Of a stretch of 64,000 bases of DNA, positions 43,930-53,091 are shown in pieces; position 1 is the first letter of the stretch, and every line of letters begins with the position of its first letter. Origin of the DNA: Gammaproteobacteria bacterium. Its GTDB lineage: Bacteria > Pseudomonadota > Gammaproteobacteria > Ga0077554 > Ga007554. The DNA lies in assembly GCA_033717875.1 (NCBI GenBank), contig JADDKJ010000015.1, forward strand, positions 285-64,284, in the 5' to 3' direction. Below the pieces are notes generated by a model. The model was not told the DNA's origin, ran no database searches, and saw only the letters and a program-made list of their open reading frames with translations. Position numbers and translations under genes: made by a program.

Positions 43930-44087
43930 CCGCGGACAGGGTGTCGCGCGCAATTCACGTAGCGCGGCGGCCTTGAAGTGCGCCGTGACCGCATCCACAT
44001 TCATGTAAACACGCGGCAGTGGCTGCAATACATGACCTCCGAGACCACGCCACGCGCCAGAAACGTCTGTTCGCATCGGTTATCCAT
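43930..44087 (-). pseudogene. Degraded small CxxC protein
   Basis: AAGGAG RBS, MDNRCEQTFLARGVVSEVMYCSHCRVF then stop. Continuation MNVDAVTAHFKAAALREL, then DTLSAA, in shifted frames. Confidence 0.4.
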
Positions 44088-44466
44088 GATTTCTCCTTTC
44101 ATTCTTTCCTGCTGTCCCGCCAGGCTCGTCAAGGCGGCCTATGCGCTGCACTTTTCGCGCTACTCGCACCGCCAGCCGCAGCCAGGCGGGCCGCCACGTC
44201 AGGGTGAGGGCAACAGCGGCGGCACCGGCCGTCAGCACCAACACCCACAGCACGCTGCCAAAGCTCGCTCCATCGCGCAGCAGCGTGAGCGCCAGACTCA
44301 CGGCCAGCGCCGGGTAGCCGATCGCCCGCAAGGCAGTGACGCGTCCGGGAGGCGGCGTCAGTTCACCGGTCACGTCTTTCCAATGTCTTGGAAGCGATAA
44401 GGCCAGGCACGCGAAGCCGAGGCAACTCGCGGCCAGGGCGAGTGCAAGCCACAGCGCCTCATGCAT
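44080..44466 (-). CDS. DUF3325-like small membrane protein of PepSY iron-uptake operons
   Basis: GFACLALSLPRHW, three TM segments, WRP. Overlaps the PepSY stop. Confidence 0.8.
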   Translation of the reverse strand: MHEALWLALALAASCLGFACLALSLPRHWKDVTGELTPPPGRVTALRAIGYPALAVSLALTLLRDGASFGSVLWVLVLTAGAAAVALTLTWRPAWLRLAVRVARKVQRIGRLDEPGGTAGKNERRNHG

Positions 44467-46042
44467 GGTCGACCTCGCGCGCGGTTACGGTCGTTGGCAT
44501 GACCGTCGGGGCGGCAGCGTTTGCCACGGATCGTTGCCGCAGCCTGGGCGCCGTCCATCCGGCCACGGCAGCGCTCAGTAGCAACAGGGCATCCATGCCC
44601 GCCACGCCATGCAGGCCGGTGCCCAAGGCGTGCAACAGATGATCCCCCGTCGTGATCCAGTTCAAGGCCACGGCCAGCACCGCCAAGGCCGCGATGGCCC
44701 AGGTTTGCTCCAGCCAGGCGTCGCGCACACGCCATGCCGCGTGCGCAAAGGTAACCAGCCACGCAAGGTAGAAGACCCACATCTCCAGTTCAGCGCGCTC
44801 AATGCCGGCGAAGCTCGCGCCCAGCGGCAACAGCCGGTTGGCGATGAAGAAGGCCAGCGTAGCGATGACGATGCCGGTCACGCTGCCGATGGTGAGTCCC
44901 TCGACAATGCGCACCCCGGTCAGGCCCTTCTTAGCGTGCTGTACCCGCCGCGTCTCCAGCCAGAACAGGAAGCCGGTGGCGATCATCACGCAGCCGGACA
45001 GGCCCGCCAGGAAATAGAGCCAGCGCAGTGTCCAATGCTCGAACTGGATGAAATGCAGACCCGAGATGAAACGCTGCACCGTCATCACCGGTGCCGCTTC
45101 GAAGCGGTGCAGCACCTCTCCGGTCGACGCATCGAAGTAGATCTGGTCCAGGTTCATCGTGATGTCGTGGGCGTAGGAACGACGCAGTTCGACGTAACTG
45201 TTGGCGTCTCCCGGATGCCACACGTGCACGAAGTACGGCCGCCCGCCCCCCCATTCGCGTTGAGCACGATCTACCATGGCATCCAGCGAGGCGAGCGTTC
45301 CCGGCGTGTTGGCTTTGGGACGGGCGTACCGGCCGTAGGCCTCGGAGGTGTAGGTCGCCTTGGCCGCGTCGCCGCTGCCGTAGACGCCCAAGTGCGCCTG
45401 CGGAAAATAAATGCCGATGAAGATGATCAGCCCCGAGAGCGTGATCACGAAGTGGAACGGCAGCCCAACCACCCCGGTCAGGTTGTGCAGGTCCAGACCG
45501 CTGCGTTGCAGACGCTTCTTCGGCCGGAAGGTGAAGAACTGGACGAAGATCTTCTTGTGGATGATCACGCCCGAGACCAGCAACAGCAGCATCGCCATGC
45601 CGGCAAGGCCCACCAGCCACTTGCCCAGGTCCGCCCACTTCAGGTGCAGGCTGTAGTGGAACGGGAAGATGAAACCCGTGCCCGCCTTCGTTCCCTGATC
45701 CGGGATGAGCGCGTGATTCGCCGGGTCGAGATAGCGCGTGGTCGTGTTGCCCGCGCCGTCGCGATAGGAGAACCGCACGAGCGGCACGCGCGGCGTCGGC
45801 AGATCGAAGCGCCATTGGGTCGCGTAGGCGGGGACGAACGGCGCAGCGGCAGCCGCCGCTCTATCTAGGGAAACCGGCGGCGCATCGGCGGCGAGCCGCG
45901 TGCCCGGCATCATCCAACGATCGATCTCGCGGTCGAACACGCTCAGCGTCCCCATCCAGAAGATGGCGAACAGCAGGCAGCCCAGCACCACGCCGACCCG
46001 GGTATGCAGCCAAGCCATGGATTTCCCGAAGGTGCGTTCCAT
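44459..46042 (-). CDS. PepSY-associated TM helix protein (putative ferri-siderophore reductase)
   Basis: MAWLHT..G, GTLSVF..EIDRWM, FHYSLH, LVSGVIIHKK.F..FFTFR, DLHNL.G, LHF. Confidence 0.92.
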   Translation of the reverse strand: MERTFGKSMAWLHTRVGVVLGCLLFAIFWMGTLSVFDREIDRWMMPGTRLAADAPPVSLDRAAAAAAPFVPAYATQWRFDLPTPRVPLVRFSYRDGAGNTTTRYLDPANHALIPDQGTKAGTGFIFPFHYSLHLKWADLGKWLVGLAGMAMLLLLVSGVIIHKKIFVQFFTFRPKKRLQRSGLDLHNLTGVVGLPFHFVITLSGLIIFIGIYFPQAHLGVYGSGDAAKATYTSEAYGRYARPKANTPGTLASLDAMVDRAQREWGGGRPYFVHVWHPGDANSYVELRRSYAHDITMNLDQIYFDASTGEVLHRFEAAPVMTVQRFISGLHFIQFEHWTLRWLYFLAGLSGCVMIATGFLFWLETRRVQHAKKGLTGVRIVEGLTIGSVTGIVIATLAFFIANRLLPLGASFAGIERAELEMWVFYLAWLVTFAHAAWRVRDAWLEQTWAIAALAVLAVALNWITTGDHLLHALGTGLHGVAGMDALLLLSAAVAGWTAPRLRQRSVANAAAPTVMPTTVTAREVDHA

Positions 46043-46052
46043 CGTTGCGCGC

Positions 46053-46376
46053 CTACCGCATAAGCCACAACACGCCGGCCAGCGCCGCCACGCTGCTCGC
46101 CAGCACCGCCCAAAGGCGTGTTACGCTCTTCATGCTGAAAGTCCAGAGCAGCAGCGCCAAATATGCGACGAAGCCCAGCATCGCCGCCAGCACCACCGCC
46201 TCGGCGCGTGCCATCCCCAAGCGCGCGAGCAGCGCGCCCGCCGCCGCGACTGCGAGTGCGGTGACGGCGTAGCCGCCGACGACCGCGCCCAGTATGCGTA
46301 GGCTCACGCGGACAATCCTCGTCGCGCTGTTACGCGCGGATCGGGCCGCCGCCGCGCTTGCCCTTTCCCGGGTCAG
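46053..46376 (-). CDS. DUF3649-like small membrane iron-uptake protein (start uncertain)
   Basis: RILGAVVGGYA....., EAVVLAAMLGF..Y..LLLW.F. Lies between the receptor and PepSY genes. Confidence 0.7.
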   Translation of the reverse strand: MTRERASAAAARSARNSATRIVRVSLRILGAVVGGYAVTALAVAAAGALLARLGMARAEAVVLAAMLGFVAYLALLLWTFSMKSVTRLWAVLASSVAALAGVLWLMR

Positions 46377-46581
46377 AGTCTCATCTCCACGGTGTCCGGT
46401 CGGAGATGATGCCGGGCGCCGGGAGCGCGAGTAGTGGGTGTAGGGCGATGTACCCCTTCCTCTCGTTTCATCGTTGAAAGATGTGCCGTCCGCAAGTCCG
46501 GCAACACGCCCATCCTCCACGGGGTCGGCAGACCGGCCGCCACGACAGCGGGGGAAGTCCCTGTCGTTGCTGCTCCTTTCA

Positions 46582-48720
46582 TCAGAACGTGCGCGCATAG
46601 CTCAGCGTGTAGGTGCGCCCGCGGCCGGCGAAGTAGTCGCTGTTCGTCCCGGCGGGATTGGCTTCCGTGTTATAGAGGATGTACTGCTTGTCGAGCAGGT
46701 TCTCGATACCGAGCCCGAGATCGCCCCAGCGGGATTTGTAGGTCACGGCGAGATCGGCCACGGTATAACCGGAGAAGTTCTCCTCCAGGTTCGCCAGTCC
46801 AAGTCGGCGGCCTTCGTTGATGCGGCGCGCATAGTAACGCGATGCCTGCAAGCGCGCGGCGCCGCGTTCCGAGAACGCCCAGTTCGTACCCACCACAAGC
46901 TTGTCCGGGCCCTGCTCGCTCGAGCCGAGTGCCACGTCCAGCGGCTGACCCTCTGCGGTGGCGGTCTTGCCCCTTATCCACGAGTAAAGCCCGAACAGGC
47001 TCCAGTCCTTGGCGAATTTCCAGTCGCCGTTCAGCTCCCAACCCTTGATGTTGACCGGCAGGCGTTCCAACCGCGAGACGCCGTCCACGACGCGGATCGT
47101 GCTGCCGAGATCGGAGGACGATTCGTAATAGGAAAGACCGGCAGCGCCGCGCGTGCCGCGCCAAGCGAGCCCGACTTCTTTGTTGTCGGTCAAGACCGGT
47201 TGCAGGTTGATCAGGTTTTCCACCGATTGGCCGTTGGTATTGACGCCGCGCAGTACTCTACCCACGTTCGGCAAGCCGAAGCCTTCGTTATACGATGCAA
47301 ACGTCGACCAGCCGGCACCGAGCCGCCAGATGGCGCCGAGGTTGAGAACGGTTTCGGCGAATTTGACCGTGCCGCCCTGCACCTCGCGGTTGCCAGAGGA
47401 AGCGAGCGTCCGATAGGTATCGACGTCCAGTTGTACATACTCGCGCCGCGCGCCGCCGCGCACCGTGAACGGTCCGCGCTCGTATTCGAGCTGGGCGAAC
47501 GGCGCGAGGTTGTTGAGCTTGATCGGCGGCACCCACGTGCGGTTGGTGAGCGCCAGGCGCTGCTCCGACACGTCGCGCAGGTAATCGAGGCCGACCGACA
47601 GCTCGAGGCCGCGCATGAAGAGATCGGGCCGCAACCACGATGTGCGCACGCCCCATTTGTCGGCAACGATGTCGGACTGGTCCATGAGCGTGCCCGCCGG
47701 CGCGATCGCGGGGTCTTGGAAGGTGCGGCTGTTCGTGGCGCCAAACAGGGCGGCGAAGTCCTGTTTGTAGATCTGCACGGACGCAAGCCCGCCACCGAGA
47801 TCGCTGTGGTACCAATCGATACTCGCGGTCTGCACGCGGTTGCGCGGCGGATTGCCGGGCGGCGTGCCGCGTTCGGAGGTTGTGGGGATGCCGGCGGCGC
47901 GGTTGCCCGGGACCACGCGATAATCGCCGTCGCCTTCGAGCTTAAAGCGGTTGAACGAGAACTGCCAGCGCTGCGGCCCGAGATTAGCGCCGGCCTTCAA
48001 AAATACATCGTCCGCGGTCGAGTCCATGGTGTTGCCTTGGACCGTGTCCGTGCCGATGCGGCGGCCATCGCCGTCGTAGGCGATGCCGCGCTGCGTCACG
48101 CCGACGTAGCCCAGCACATCGAAGCGCGCGTTCTTGTGCGCCACGCGATAGCCGGTCTTCCAACCGAGACTGTCGTCTTTGAACTGGGTCATGACTTTGG
48201 CGTCAAGGCGCTGCTCGGTGCCCATCTTTCTCGGCGTCTTCGAAATGTAGTTAATGATGCCGCCGGTGGCGCCCAGGCCGTAGATCGCCGACGGGCCGCT
48301 CACCACCTCGATGCGCTCGATGATGGCGGGATCGGCGAAGTAGCCCTCGCGCCGGCCGTCGACCACCGGGGTCGATTGCGGGATGCCGTCGAGCAGGATC
48401 AGCGCCCTGCGCCCGCGCAGGGTCTCGCCGGCGATCGAGAGCGTCTGGCGCGAGGGCGAATAGCCGGGCACGAAGGTGGTGAGCGCCTGCGACGGGTCCT
48501 CGGCGATCAGCAACTGCGGCGCCAGTTCCTGCTCCGTGATCACCGTCACCGCGCCGGGGATTTTCTCCAGGGCCTTTTCGCTGCGGGTCGCCGTGACGAC
48601 TACTTTGTCCAACTTCGTTTCAGCGTTCGGTGCAGGCGTATCCTTGGCGGCTTCGGCCGCGCCGGCGACGGCGTAGACAAGCGTCAGCGCGAGCCGTTTA
48701 ATGCGAATGCGATGTTGCAT
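46582..48720 (-). CDS. TonB-dependent siderophore receptor (IutA-like, no N-terminal signalling extension)
   Basis: AGGAG RBS, signal peptide, TonB box VVVTATR, LRGR..LILLDGIPQ, IERIEVVSG.SAIYG.GATGGIIN, NLLDKQY, terminal F. Confidence 0.95.
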   Translation of the reverse strand: MQHRIRIKRLALTLVYAVAGAAEAAKDTPAPNAETKLDKVVVTATRSEKALEKIPGAVTVITEQELAPQLLIAEDPSQALTTFVPGYSPSRQTLSIAGETLRGRRALILLDGIPQSTPVVDGRREGYFADPAIIERIEVVSGPSAIYGLGATGGIINYISKTPRKMGTEQRLDAKVMTQFKDDSLGWKTGYRVAHKNARFDVLGYVGVTQRGIAYDGDGRRIGTDTVQGNTMDSTADDVFLKAGANLGPQRWQFSFNRFKLEGDGDYRVVPGNRAAGIPTTSERGTPPGNPPRNRVQTASIDWYHSDLGGGLASVQIYKQDFAALFGATNSRTFQDPAIAPAGTLMDQSDIVADKWGVRTSWLRPDLFMRGLELSVGLDYLRDVSEQRLALTNRTWVPPIKLNNLAPFAQLEYERGPFTVRGGARREYVQLDVDTYRTLASSGNREVQGGTVKFAETVLNLGAIWRLGAGWSTFASYNEGFGLPNVGRVLRGVNTNGQSVENLINLQPVLTDNKEVGLAWRGTRGAAGLSYYESSSDLGSTIRVVDGVSRLERLPVNIKGWELNGDWKFAKDWSLFGLYSWIRGKTATAEGQPLDVALGSSEQGPDKLVVGTNWAFSERGAARLQASRYYARRINEGRRLGLANLEENFSGYTVADLAVTYKSRWGDLGLGIENLLDKQYILYNTEANPAGTNSDYFAGRGRTYTLSYARTF

Positions 48721-48854
48721 GATTGCTCCTCGTAACGTACGACTTGGTTTTTGGCTGGCTAGGCGATGACACATCACATTGGCTGGCTGGTATGAATTCA
48801 CTTTTATCGCGGCGTAGCGCGTCACGGCTACGGCCTTTCCGGTTTCCTCCCCCC

Positions 48855-49073
48855 TTACCGGCATTTCATCGAGTCCGTGATTGCGGGTTCCAGTGTGCTT
48901 CGTTTCTGTTGCTCCTCCCGTTGTAAATCCCTTGCCCGCTGACCCAATTCCAGAGCCAGTTGCGGATTGAGAATGAATACCCCGTCATCGTCGCCCACCA
49001 CCAAATCGGCCGGCTGTACGCTGACGCCGCCCACACTGACGGGCGTATTGACTTCGCCTTCCAGATTGCTCCT
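48855..49073 (-). pseudogene. C-terminal fragment of a second RraA-family gene
   Basis: NLEGEVNTPVSVGGVSVQPADLVVGDDDGVFIL aligns with NLGGEVNIPVSVGGVCVHPGDLVVGDDDGLFIL of the intact gene at 49706-50311. Confidence 0.85.
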
Positions 49074-49275
49074 TTTTGCAGGGTGTAAAAATAATGGGAT
49101 GAACGCATGGACGATAGCGACGGAACATGCGGCGATTACGCCCAACGGCGTATGCAGAAGGCCGCGGGTGGCAAGCAGTTGTCGTAAAGAAGAAATCCAT
49201 GGGAATCACCAGTGACCGGTTACCGACAAGTGGCTGGCTGGCACAGGATTTGTCAGTGCGCGTAGCTGGCTTATT

Positions 49276-49317
49276 GAGAATGGTTATTATTATCTTCAAA
49301 CTGTGCAATGATGTCTA
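49276..49317 (-). promoter_or_regulatory. Fur box overlapping a sigma70 promoter
   Basis: Minus strand GATAATAATAACCATTCTC (49294-49276) matches the Fur consensus at 16/19. TAGACA-N17-GATAAT at 49317-49289. Confidence 0.8.
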
Positions 49318-49482
49318 GCAGCCTGTCTGACTTAGGTCGAATCTACTGCGAAAGCGGGAGAGCGGTCCATTTTTCCGCTATTTTTCGTTAAATAGTGCCA
49401 GCTATTCTCCTTAAAATAGCGAAAAACTGTCCTCGCTCTCCCACTTTCTCGCTACGATCCCCTAAGTCAGACAGGCTGCTAG
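49315..49482. mobile_element. MITE/REPIN-like palindromic element A (168 bp including CTAG ends)
   Basis: 22-bp perfect IR CTAGCAGCCTGTCTGACTTAGG plus imperfect internal symmetry. Non-coding. Confidence 0.8.
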
Positions 49483-49645
49483 TGGTTCGTTTCACCAAAA
49501 CGTTGACACAACGAAACGGATGGATTTTTTCGCCAGGCAAGGCGCGAGGAGGCGCCATAGCTCATTCTATGGCAACAACGAGCAACGCGGCATGGCGGGA
49601 AAAGACGCCGTTTCGTGTCAACGTTTTGGTGAAACGAACCACTAG
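49479..49645. mobile_element. MITE/REPIN-like palindromic element B (167 bp including CTAG ends)
   Basis: 31-bp perfect IR CTAGTGGTTCGTTTCACCAAAACGTTGACAC, internal GCCATAG/CTATGGC hairpin. Shares a CTAG with element A. Confidence 0.8.
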
Positions 49646-49705
49646 TGTGTGTGGACATCGGGTATAGCCTAATGGTGGAATGTCTTCGGATACGGGCATC
49701 AGATT

Positions 49706-50311
49706 TTAAGCCGCACTCAATTTGCTCCGCTGCTGTTGATCCTCACGTTGCTTATCGCTTGCCAGTTGACCTAATTCCATGGCTTGTTGCGGAGTCAGGA
49801 TGAACAGGCCGTCATCATCTCCCACCACCAAATCACCAGGATGAACACAAACGCCGCCCACGCTCACAGGGATGTTGACCTCACCGCCCAGATTGAGGGA
49901 GCGCGTGGTCAAGGCGCTGATCGACTTGGAGAATACGGGAAAGCCCAACTCCGTTACGGCTCGAACGTCGGTGACGCCGCCTGAAATCACCACACCAGAG
50001 AGCTTTTTGGTCAGTGCGGCGCGTGTACGTAGTTCGCCCCAGCAGGCTCGCTGATCGTCCCCCGGCATCTCGATAACCAGCACATCTTGCGGCTGGCTCA
50101 ATAACAACGCCTGTCGGATCACGCTGCCATCCGTATTGGGAATCCGGACCGTGACGGCATTCCCCAAGACGCGTATGGGCCGGAATAGCGGTTGCAGCCC
50201 GCGCACGAAACCAAAATCGGTGAGATGCCCGATGGTGGAAGCGTTTATGTCATGATACAGATCGAGTAGCGCCGGTATGACGCCCTGAATCCTGGGTTTA
50301 ACATGATGCAT
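49706..50311 (-). CDS. RraA/HMG-aldolase (MenG-like) family protein
   Basis: GNAVTVR, DVLVI, ACWGEL, GVVISG.VTD, VGG..V.PGDLVVGDDDG. Confidence 0.9.
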   Translation of the reverse strand: MHHVKPRIQGVIPALLDLYHDINASTIGHLTDFGFVRGLQPLFRPIRVLGNAVTVRIPNTDGSVIRQALLLSQPQDVLVIEMPGDDQRACWGELRTRAALTKKLSGVVISGGVTDVRAVTELGFPVFSKSISALTTRSLNLGGEVNIPVSVGGVCVHPGDLVVGDDDGLFILTPQQAMELGQLASDKQREDQQQRSKLSAA

Positions 50312-50327
50312 GGTCGACCGTTCTTGG

Positions 50328-51107
50328 TTACCTACGATTCAATGGACAAGTTGAGCAGTATTCCTGTGGCTCGGTAGCTTTGTAGTAATAGCAACACGTC
50401 TGGCGGACACGAATAGGCTGCGTCGAATGAGGGGTGCGCTGTTTGTGCCAGAAGAATTTTGCAAGCGGGTTCTCGACTGCGCCAAACATCTCAGGCCCGG
50501 CATCCCTGACCAAGTAAGTGAAGTCTTCCCGAATCCGGCCTTGGGCATAGGTGCAGCTGTTTTCCATCATGCGACGTTCGTAGAGCGAATACACACGAAC
50601 CGCCGTGTTTTCCCATAGAACAGGAAGCGGAACTTTCGCCACGCTTGACAGGGACTGCCAAAGCCGGGACAAATTGTCGGAAAAAATGCTGACGATTATT
50701 TTGCGCCGCCATTCGGCTCGCAAGTCCATCGGCGGGAGGGTAGCCGTCAGGCTTTCAAGCGGCATACCGGATTGCCAGCGTTTGTTCGCGTAGTGATATT
50801 CCAAAAAACAATTCTCCAAAGACAAGTCTAATCCCTTGTCGTACATGCTCATGGCATACAAGCTGGGCGCTGCAGTTAAAAAAGCGATCCTCTTGCTTAG
50901 CAGCGAGGCCGTGATTCTTCTCGATGGGGAGCCAATCGCCGCTGTTAGAGAATCAAGCAGATCCGCACACTTTTGCGGAACAAGCAGGTCGATGGCGCGA
51001 ATCGAATGCTCTCGATTTCGGGCGTCGCCTTTCTTCAACAGAAACTGCGAGCTCAATACTTCCCATTCCGCCTGATCGAGCGATACCACGGTCATTACTC
51101 CTAACAT
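50328..51107 (-). CDS. FhuF-like ferric-siderophore reductase (2Fe-2S)
   Basis: LWEN motif and C-terminal RQTCC-x10-CxxCP. Confidence 0.88.
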   Translation of the reverse strand: MLGVMTVVSLDQAEWEVLSSQFLLKKGDARNREHSIRAIDLLVPQKCADLLDSLTAAIGSPSRRITASLLSKRIAFLTAAPSLYAMSMYDKGLDLSLENCFLEYHYANKRWQSGMPLESLTATLPPMDLRAEWRRKIIVSIFSDNLSRLWQSLSSVAKVPLPVLWENTAVRVYSLYERRMMENSCTYAQGRIREDFTYLVRDAGPEMFGAVENPLAKFFWHKQRTPHSTQPIRVRQTCCYYYKATEPQEYCSTCPLNRR

Positions 51108-51117
51108 GCGCCTATGT

Positions 51118-53091
51118 CTAACCAGGAACGGCGCAGGCGCTTTTCTGCTGTTCGGCGAGCTTCTGCGTTTTTGCCGTCGGATGGCCCAGGTGCTGAAAAG
51201 GATTTTGAGTCTGGCTCTTTCCGAACGGCATGCTCCCGGGCCCGCCTGCCCGCTCTATCATCGGCTGGACCAACAACTTTAGCGGCCAACTGCAGTCATG
51301 AAACAGACGTTCTTGAAGCAGCTTGCGAGTGTCCTCGGAGAACTCCACCCGGTCGATGACCTGCTCCAGGACTTGACGTAGGGCTGACCATAGTTTTGGC
51401 TCGGCGATGCCGTATCGAATGACCAAGGCCTCAATAATGGCGCGCAGATTGACTTGAATACCCAGGGTCTGCAGATAAAACAACAGCTCATCGGGCGTCT
51501 CGTGGTACAAGGTATTCGAATGTCCTGGCTTGAGTTGGTATTCCGGATCCGCCAGGCCATGATGAATTAACCACGGGACATGCAGGCGCAAGGAATCGTG
51601 ATCGCGCAGCAGCAAGCCGGATGCTTGTCCGTTGCGCCATACCAGCACGGCGTTCTGGCCATGCACTTCTGCCAGCATGCCAAGGCGGAACATACGTAAA
51701 TTGATATCGATGAAGGTCTGGCAGATCTCTTTAAAAAGCATCAGCACCGAGGCTGGATCCGGCGCAAGCTGCCTATAGTGCAACCATTCATCGAAGAAGT
51801 GTCGTTCGTGGTCCGGCAGCAGGGCGCCCAGTGCCGCCATCGGAATCAGCCGGTAGTTCGGATCCTGCATCAGCGGTGCCGGATAGCTACGCACCATGGC
51901 GGACAGGTGCCTCGGCGCCTCGTCGAACAGGCTTCCATTCTCGGGCATATAGGCCCACCACTTGGTTTCATTGCAGATGAATACCCTTTGCGCCAGTATG
52001 CTGTCCAAAGCCAGAGCCTCATGCAAAAGCTTTTCGCTGCGCTGTCCATTGATCATCTTAATCGCTGGCAGATAGCGGGAAGCGCCCAGGGAATATATCC
52101 CCAAAGGCAATTTCAAGTGATGGCGGCTGTCTGTCGTTGGCGCCAGGGAGCGGACCGAAGACGTAGGTAGAAAGCTTCCTTGCTGAAAGTTCAAGAGCAC
52201 GCACACACCGAACTGCAACTCGGCAGCAAGCTGTTTGGGCAGAACATGGCGCAATTGCCAAGGATGTACTGGCAATGCAATATGGCTCTGATCAATCCCG
52301 CGCTGCTGCATTTCCTGTCGCAGTGCCGCCTGCTGCGCGTTCGTCAACAAGAATTGCGCCGGCTGGGTCTGGTTCGGGTCAGCGACGCCTAAACCAAAAT
52401 CAAGATATTTTGTATTGATGGCCATCCAGTTCACCTGAATATCCTGCCCGAACTCGGCCATGTACTGTTGATAATCTTGTTTCGTAAATCCTCTTTTGAC
52501 CTTGGCGACCGGATGAAACGGGCGGTCCCTAAGCGAACTGCATTGTTCCAGCGTCTGAAAAAAATCTGCCTGGGTTCTGGAAAGCAGGCGTTCCATATCG
52601 ACGTTATGGGCCAGTGACCAAGCTGTTTGCTGCACCGCGTCTCTGACCCATTCCAAAAATAAGGCGGCACCTTCCTTGTTCTTACCAAGCGGACTATCAG
52701 CCAAATTCGCGATTACCAGTTCCATGAAACTGACCGCATCCAGTCGAGACAGCTGCAAGGCGTTTTGACCGGATTCCAGCTTAACGGCATAAACCGGAGT
52801 GTTCCGGATTTTCTGGATGGGCTGGACAATACCGCGCACCACGGGCACCAACACACAAAAGAGCGGAGCCTTGGATATCGACCATTGCCATATCAGGCCG
52901 TGCGCCGGCAGTTCGGGAAACTGAATCTGTTCTGAAAGCCCTGCGCATGGACCGCAGAAGGCTCGCAACTGCTCAAGCGAGATCAGTTCCTGCTCTGTGC
53001 CATCGAAAAACTTTTCCACAAGCAAGCAGTCAACCAAATCCTGCAATACCAGTTCGGAGGCCTGTTGTTGAAAGCGCTCATTTGTTGTCAC
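51118..53091 (-). CDS. acsA: NIS siderophore synthetase, AcsA-like (type B)
   Basis: LQDLVDCLL.E.FF, DRPFHPVAK, PVHPWQ, PTSSVRSL, EVHGQN, LRDHD. Follows acsB. Confidence 0.8.
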   Translation of the reverse strand: MTTNERFQQQASELVLQDLVDCLLVEKFFDGTEQELISLEQLRAFCGPCAGLSEQIQFPELPAHGLIWQWSISKAPLFCVLVPVVRGIVQPIQKIRNTPVYAVKLESGQNALQLSRLDAVSFMELVIANLADSPLGKNKEGAALFLEWVRDAVQQTAWSLAHNVDMERLLSRTQADFFQTLEQCSSLRDRPFHPVAKVKRGFTKQDYQQYMAEFGQDIQVNWMAINTKYLDFGLGVADPNQTQPAQFLLTNAQQAALRQEMQQRGIDQSHIALPVHPWQLRHVLPKQLAAELQFGVCVLLNFQQGSFLPTSSVRSLAPTTDSRHHLKLPLGIYSLGASRYLPAIKMINGQRSEKLLHEALALDSILAQRVFICNETKWWAYMPENGSLFDEAPRHLSAMVRSYPAPLMQDPNYRLIPMAALGALLPDHERHFFDEWLHYRQLAPDPASVLMLFKEICQTFIDINLRMFRLGMLAEVHGQNAVLVWRNGQASGLLLRDHDSLRLHVPWLIHHGLADPEYQLKPGHSNTLYHETPDELLFYLQTLGIQVNLRAIIEALVIRYGIAEPKLWSALRQVLEQVIDRVEFSEDTRKLLQERLFHDCSWPLKLLVQPMIERAGGPGSMPFGKSQTQNPFQHLGHPTAKTQKLAEQQKSACAVPG

